The notes under the pieces are model-generated. The model saw nothing but the letters and a program-made list of their open reading frames with translations. It was not told the DNA's origin and did not search any database. The position numbers and the translations under genes were made by a program. A stretch of DNA of 64,000 nucleotides. Origin: Octopus sinensis. Lineage: Eukaryota. The stretch lies in assembly GCF_006345805.1 (NCBI RefSeq), contig NC_042998.1:34100001-34164000 (forward strand), written 5' to 3'. How positions within the stretch are numbered: position 1 is the stretch's first letter; each line of letters begins with the position of its first letter. Shown here piece after piece: positions 62,063 through 64,000 of this stretch.

Positions 62063-62955
62063 CATCATCATCATCATTTAGCGTCCGTTTTCCATGCTAG
62101 CATGGGTTGGACGGTTCTACTGGGGTCTGTGAAGCCAGAAGGCTTCATCAGGCCCATCAAATCTGGCAGTGTTTCTACGGCTGGATGCCCTTCCTAACGC
62201 CAACCGTGAGTGTAGTGGGTGCTTTTTACGTGCCACCCGCACTGGTGCCAGACAGAGCTGGCAAACGGCACGAACGGATGGTGCTTTTATGTGCCACCGG
62301 CACGAGGGCCAGGCGAGGCTGGCAACGGACACGAAACGGGGCGGTGCTGGCAACGGTCGCGAAACGGAAAGTTCTCTTACATGCCACCGGCACTGGTAAC
62401 ACATCTGCAATTTCCATTGATCGATTTCCATTGATCGATTTCGATTCTGATCCTCACTTGCCTCAATGGGTCTTCACAAGCAGAGTTTCGACATGCCACC
62501 GGCACTGGTAGCACATCCGCAATTTCCATTGATCGATTTCGATTCTGATCCTCACTTGCCTCAACACGTCTTCACAAGTAGAGTTTTGTGTCCCAAGAAG
62601 GGAAGGTATGCATACGTAGGCTGGCTCCATCCCATGTAGAAGGCACGGGTTGTGGACTCACTTGTCCTGCCGGGTCTTCTCGCGCACAGCACACTTCCAG
62701 AGGTCTCGGTCTCTAGTCATTTCCTCAGTGAGACCTAAAGTTCGAAGGTCATGCTTCACCACCTCGTCCCAGATTTTCCTGGGTCTGCCTCTTCCACAGG
62801 TTCCCTCAACCGCTAGGGTGTGGCACTTTTTCACACAACTATCTTCATCCATTCTCGCCACATGACCATACCAGCGCAAACGTCTCTCTTGCACACCACA
62901 ACTGATGCTTCTTAGGTCCAGCTTTTCTCTCGAGGTACTTACACTCTGCCGAGTG
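62063..62955 (-). mobile_element. RTE-clade LINE, ORF C-terminus, full 3' UTR and (GAT)n tail
   Basis: ORF 62658-62987: ERRLRWYGHVARMDEDSCVKKCHTLAVEGTCGRGRPRKIWDEVVKHDLRTLGLTEEMTRDRDLWK. Confidence 0.92.
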
Positions 62956-63867
62956 TGAGTACCGGCATTACACATCCATCGGAGCATACTGGCTTAGATA
63001 TACATACACACACACACACACACATAAATATATATATAATATAAATAATATATATATGCATATATACATACATACTAACATGTATATGTATATACATATG
63101 CATATGTAGCCACAGGACATCACAAAACATAAACAACAAAAAATACGAAGTGCGAGGACTTTTTTTGCAAGCAACAAAAGAAACAAATGGAAAACAAGAC
63201 AAGCAACACAAGAAACGACCCTTCATCAATTGTCTGCTGTTTTTCTGATCCGTATTTCGAGCACTTCATGACAAGATATGCCTTCAATAAAACAGTTGCT
63301 CCCGTAAAGCAAATTAAATAAAATTTGCGATCTTGAGGAGGGTCAAGACTGGTGACAAAAACAGGACAGTGAAAACAAACAGGAGAAAGAGTGACAGACA
63401 GAGAACTGTGATGGGGCGAAAAAATTTGGAGATAGGATAATAGAGAAAAAAAAGAGAGGGAGAAGGGAAGGTAAACAAATAAGAGAGAGGAAGGGAGAAA
63501 ATGAAAGAGTAAGAGGATAGAATAGTGGGAGAAGAGGAGGTAAAAGAATAAGAGATAATATCACAGTCATGGTAGATACCAGTGTCACACAAGTGGTATG
63601 TAAAAGCACCAATTACACTCTCGGAGGGGTTGACATTAAGAAGGGCATCCAGCCATAGAAACCATGCCAAATGTTTATATATATATATATATATACATAT
63701 ATCTTTCTATTTTCATTTGTTTCAGTCATCAGACTGTGGCCATACTGGGGCACCACTTTGAAGACTTTTTCATCAGATGAACTGATGCCAGTCCTTTTTA
63801 TTTTTAAAGCCTAATACTCATTCTATCAGTTTGTTTTGCTGAACTGCTAAGTTACAACAAAGTAAGC

Positions 63868-64000
63868 ACCAGGTGTCTTGGGGAAATTTTGAATCTGGGT
63901 TCTCATTTGATATTATTGTTGTTATTATTATTAAGGTCACTGCCTGGAATCAAACTCGGAATCATGGGGTTAGTAGCCCGTGCTCTTAACCCCTATGCCT
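63868..64000 (-). mobile_element. Element G (tRNA head, ATT linker, start of tail), truncated at the hammerhead
   Basis: Minus strand ggttaagagcacgggctactaacccc...gagtttgattccaggcagtgacct...ttccccaagacacctgg. Confidence 0.75.

Noticed and set aside
63210-63275. Minus-strand TTGATGA and GAAAT motifs in a Penelope-like-looking fragment
   Set aside because: Order and pairing do not give a coherent hammerhead; single copy in the window.

Overview
AT-rich, microsatellite-dense eukaryotic DNA made almost entirely of nested interspersed repeats. The repeat types suggest an intron or intergenic region of an octopus (coleoid cephalopod) genome; this is inference and needs a BLAST check. No host protein-coding gene can be supported, and most listed ORFs are microsatellite or antisense artefacts. 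Recognisable content: several tRNA-headed SINE families (labelled A, C, D, E, G here), many 5'-truncated RTE LINE copies with a long repetitive 3' UTR and (GAT)n tail, one CR1-clade LINE 3' end, three to four restriction-like-endonuclease (R4/Dong- and HERO/NeSL-like) fragments, two decayed mariner transposons, hAT/piggyBac/Tc1-type MITEs, a Gypsy gag-protease remnant and a U6 snRNA retrocopy. The main unexplained signal is that at least four unrelated non-coding repeat families each carry a minimal type-I hammerhead ribozyme core (CUGANGA / stem II / GAAAC / palindromic stem III / GUH), and three of them lie in inverted or partial-tandem arrangements typical of Penelope-like elements. One family (G) is a tRNA-headed SINE with a hammerhead tail. 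Family letters are my own labels, boundaries are approximate unless a TSD or TIR is given, and all alignments were done by eye.
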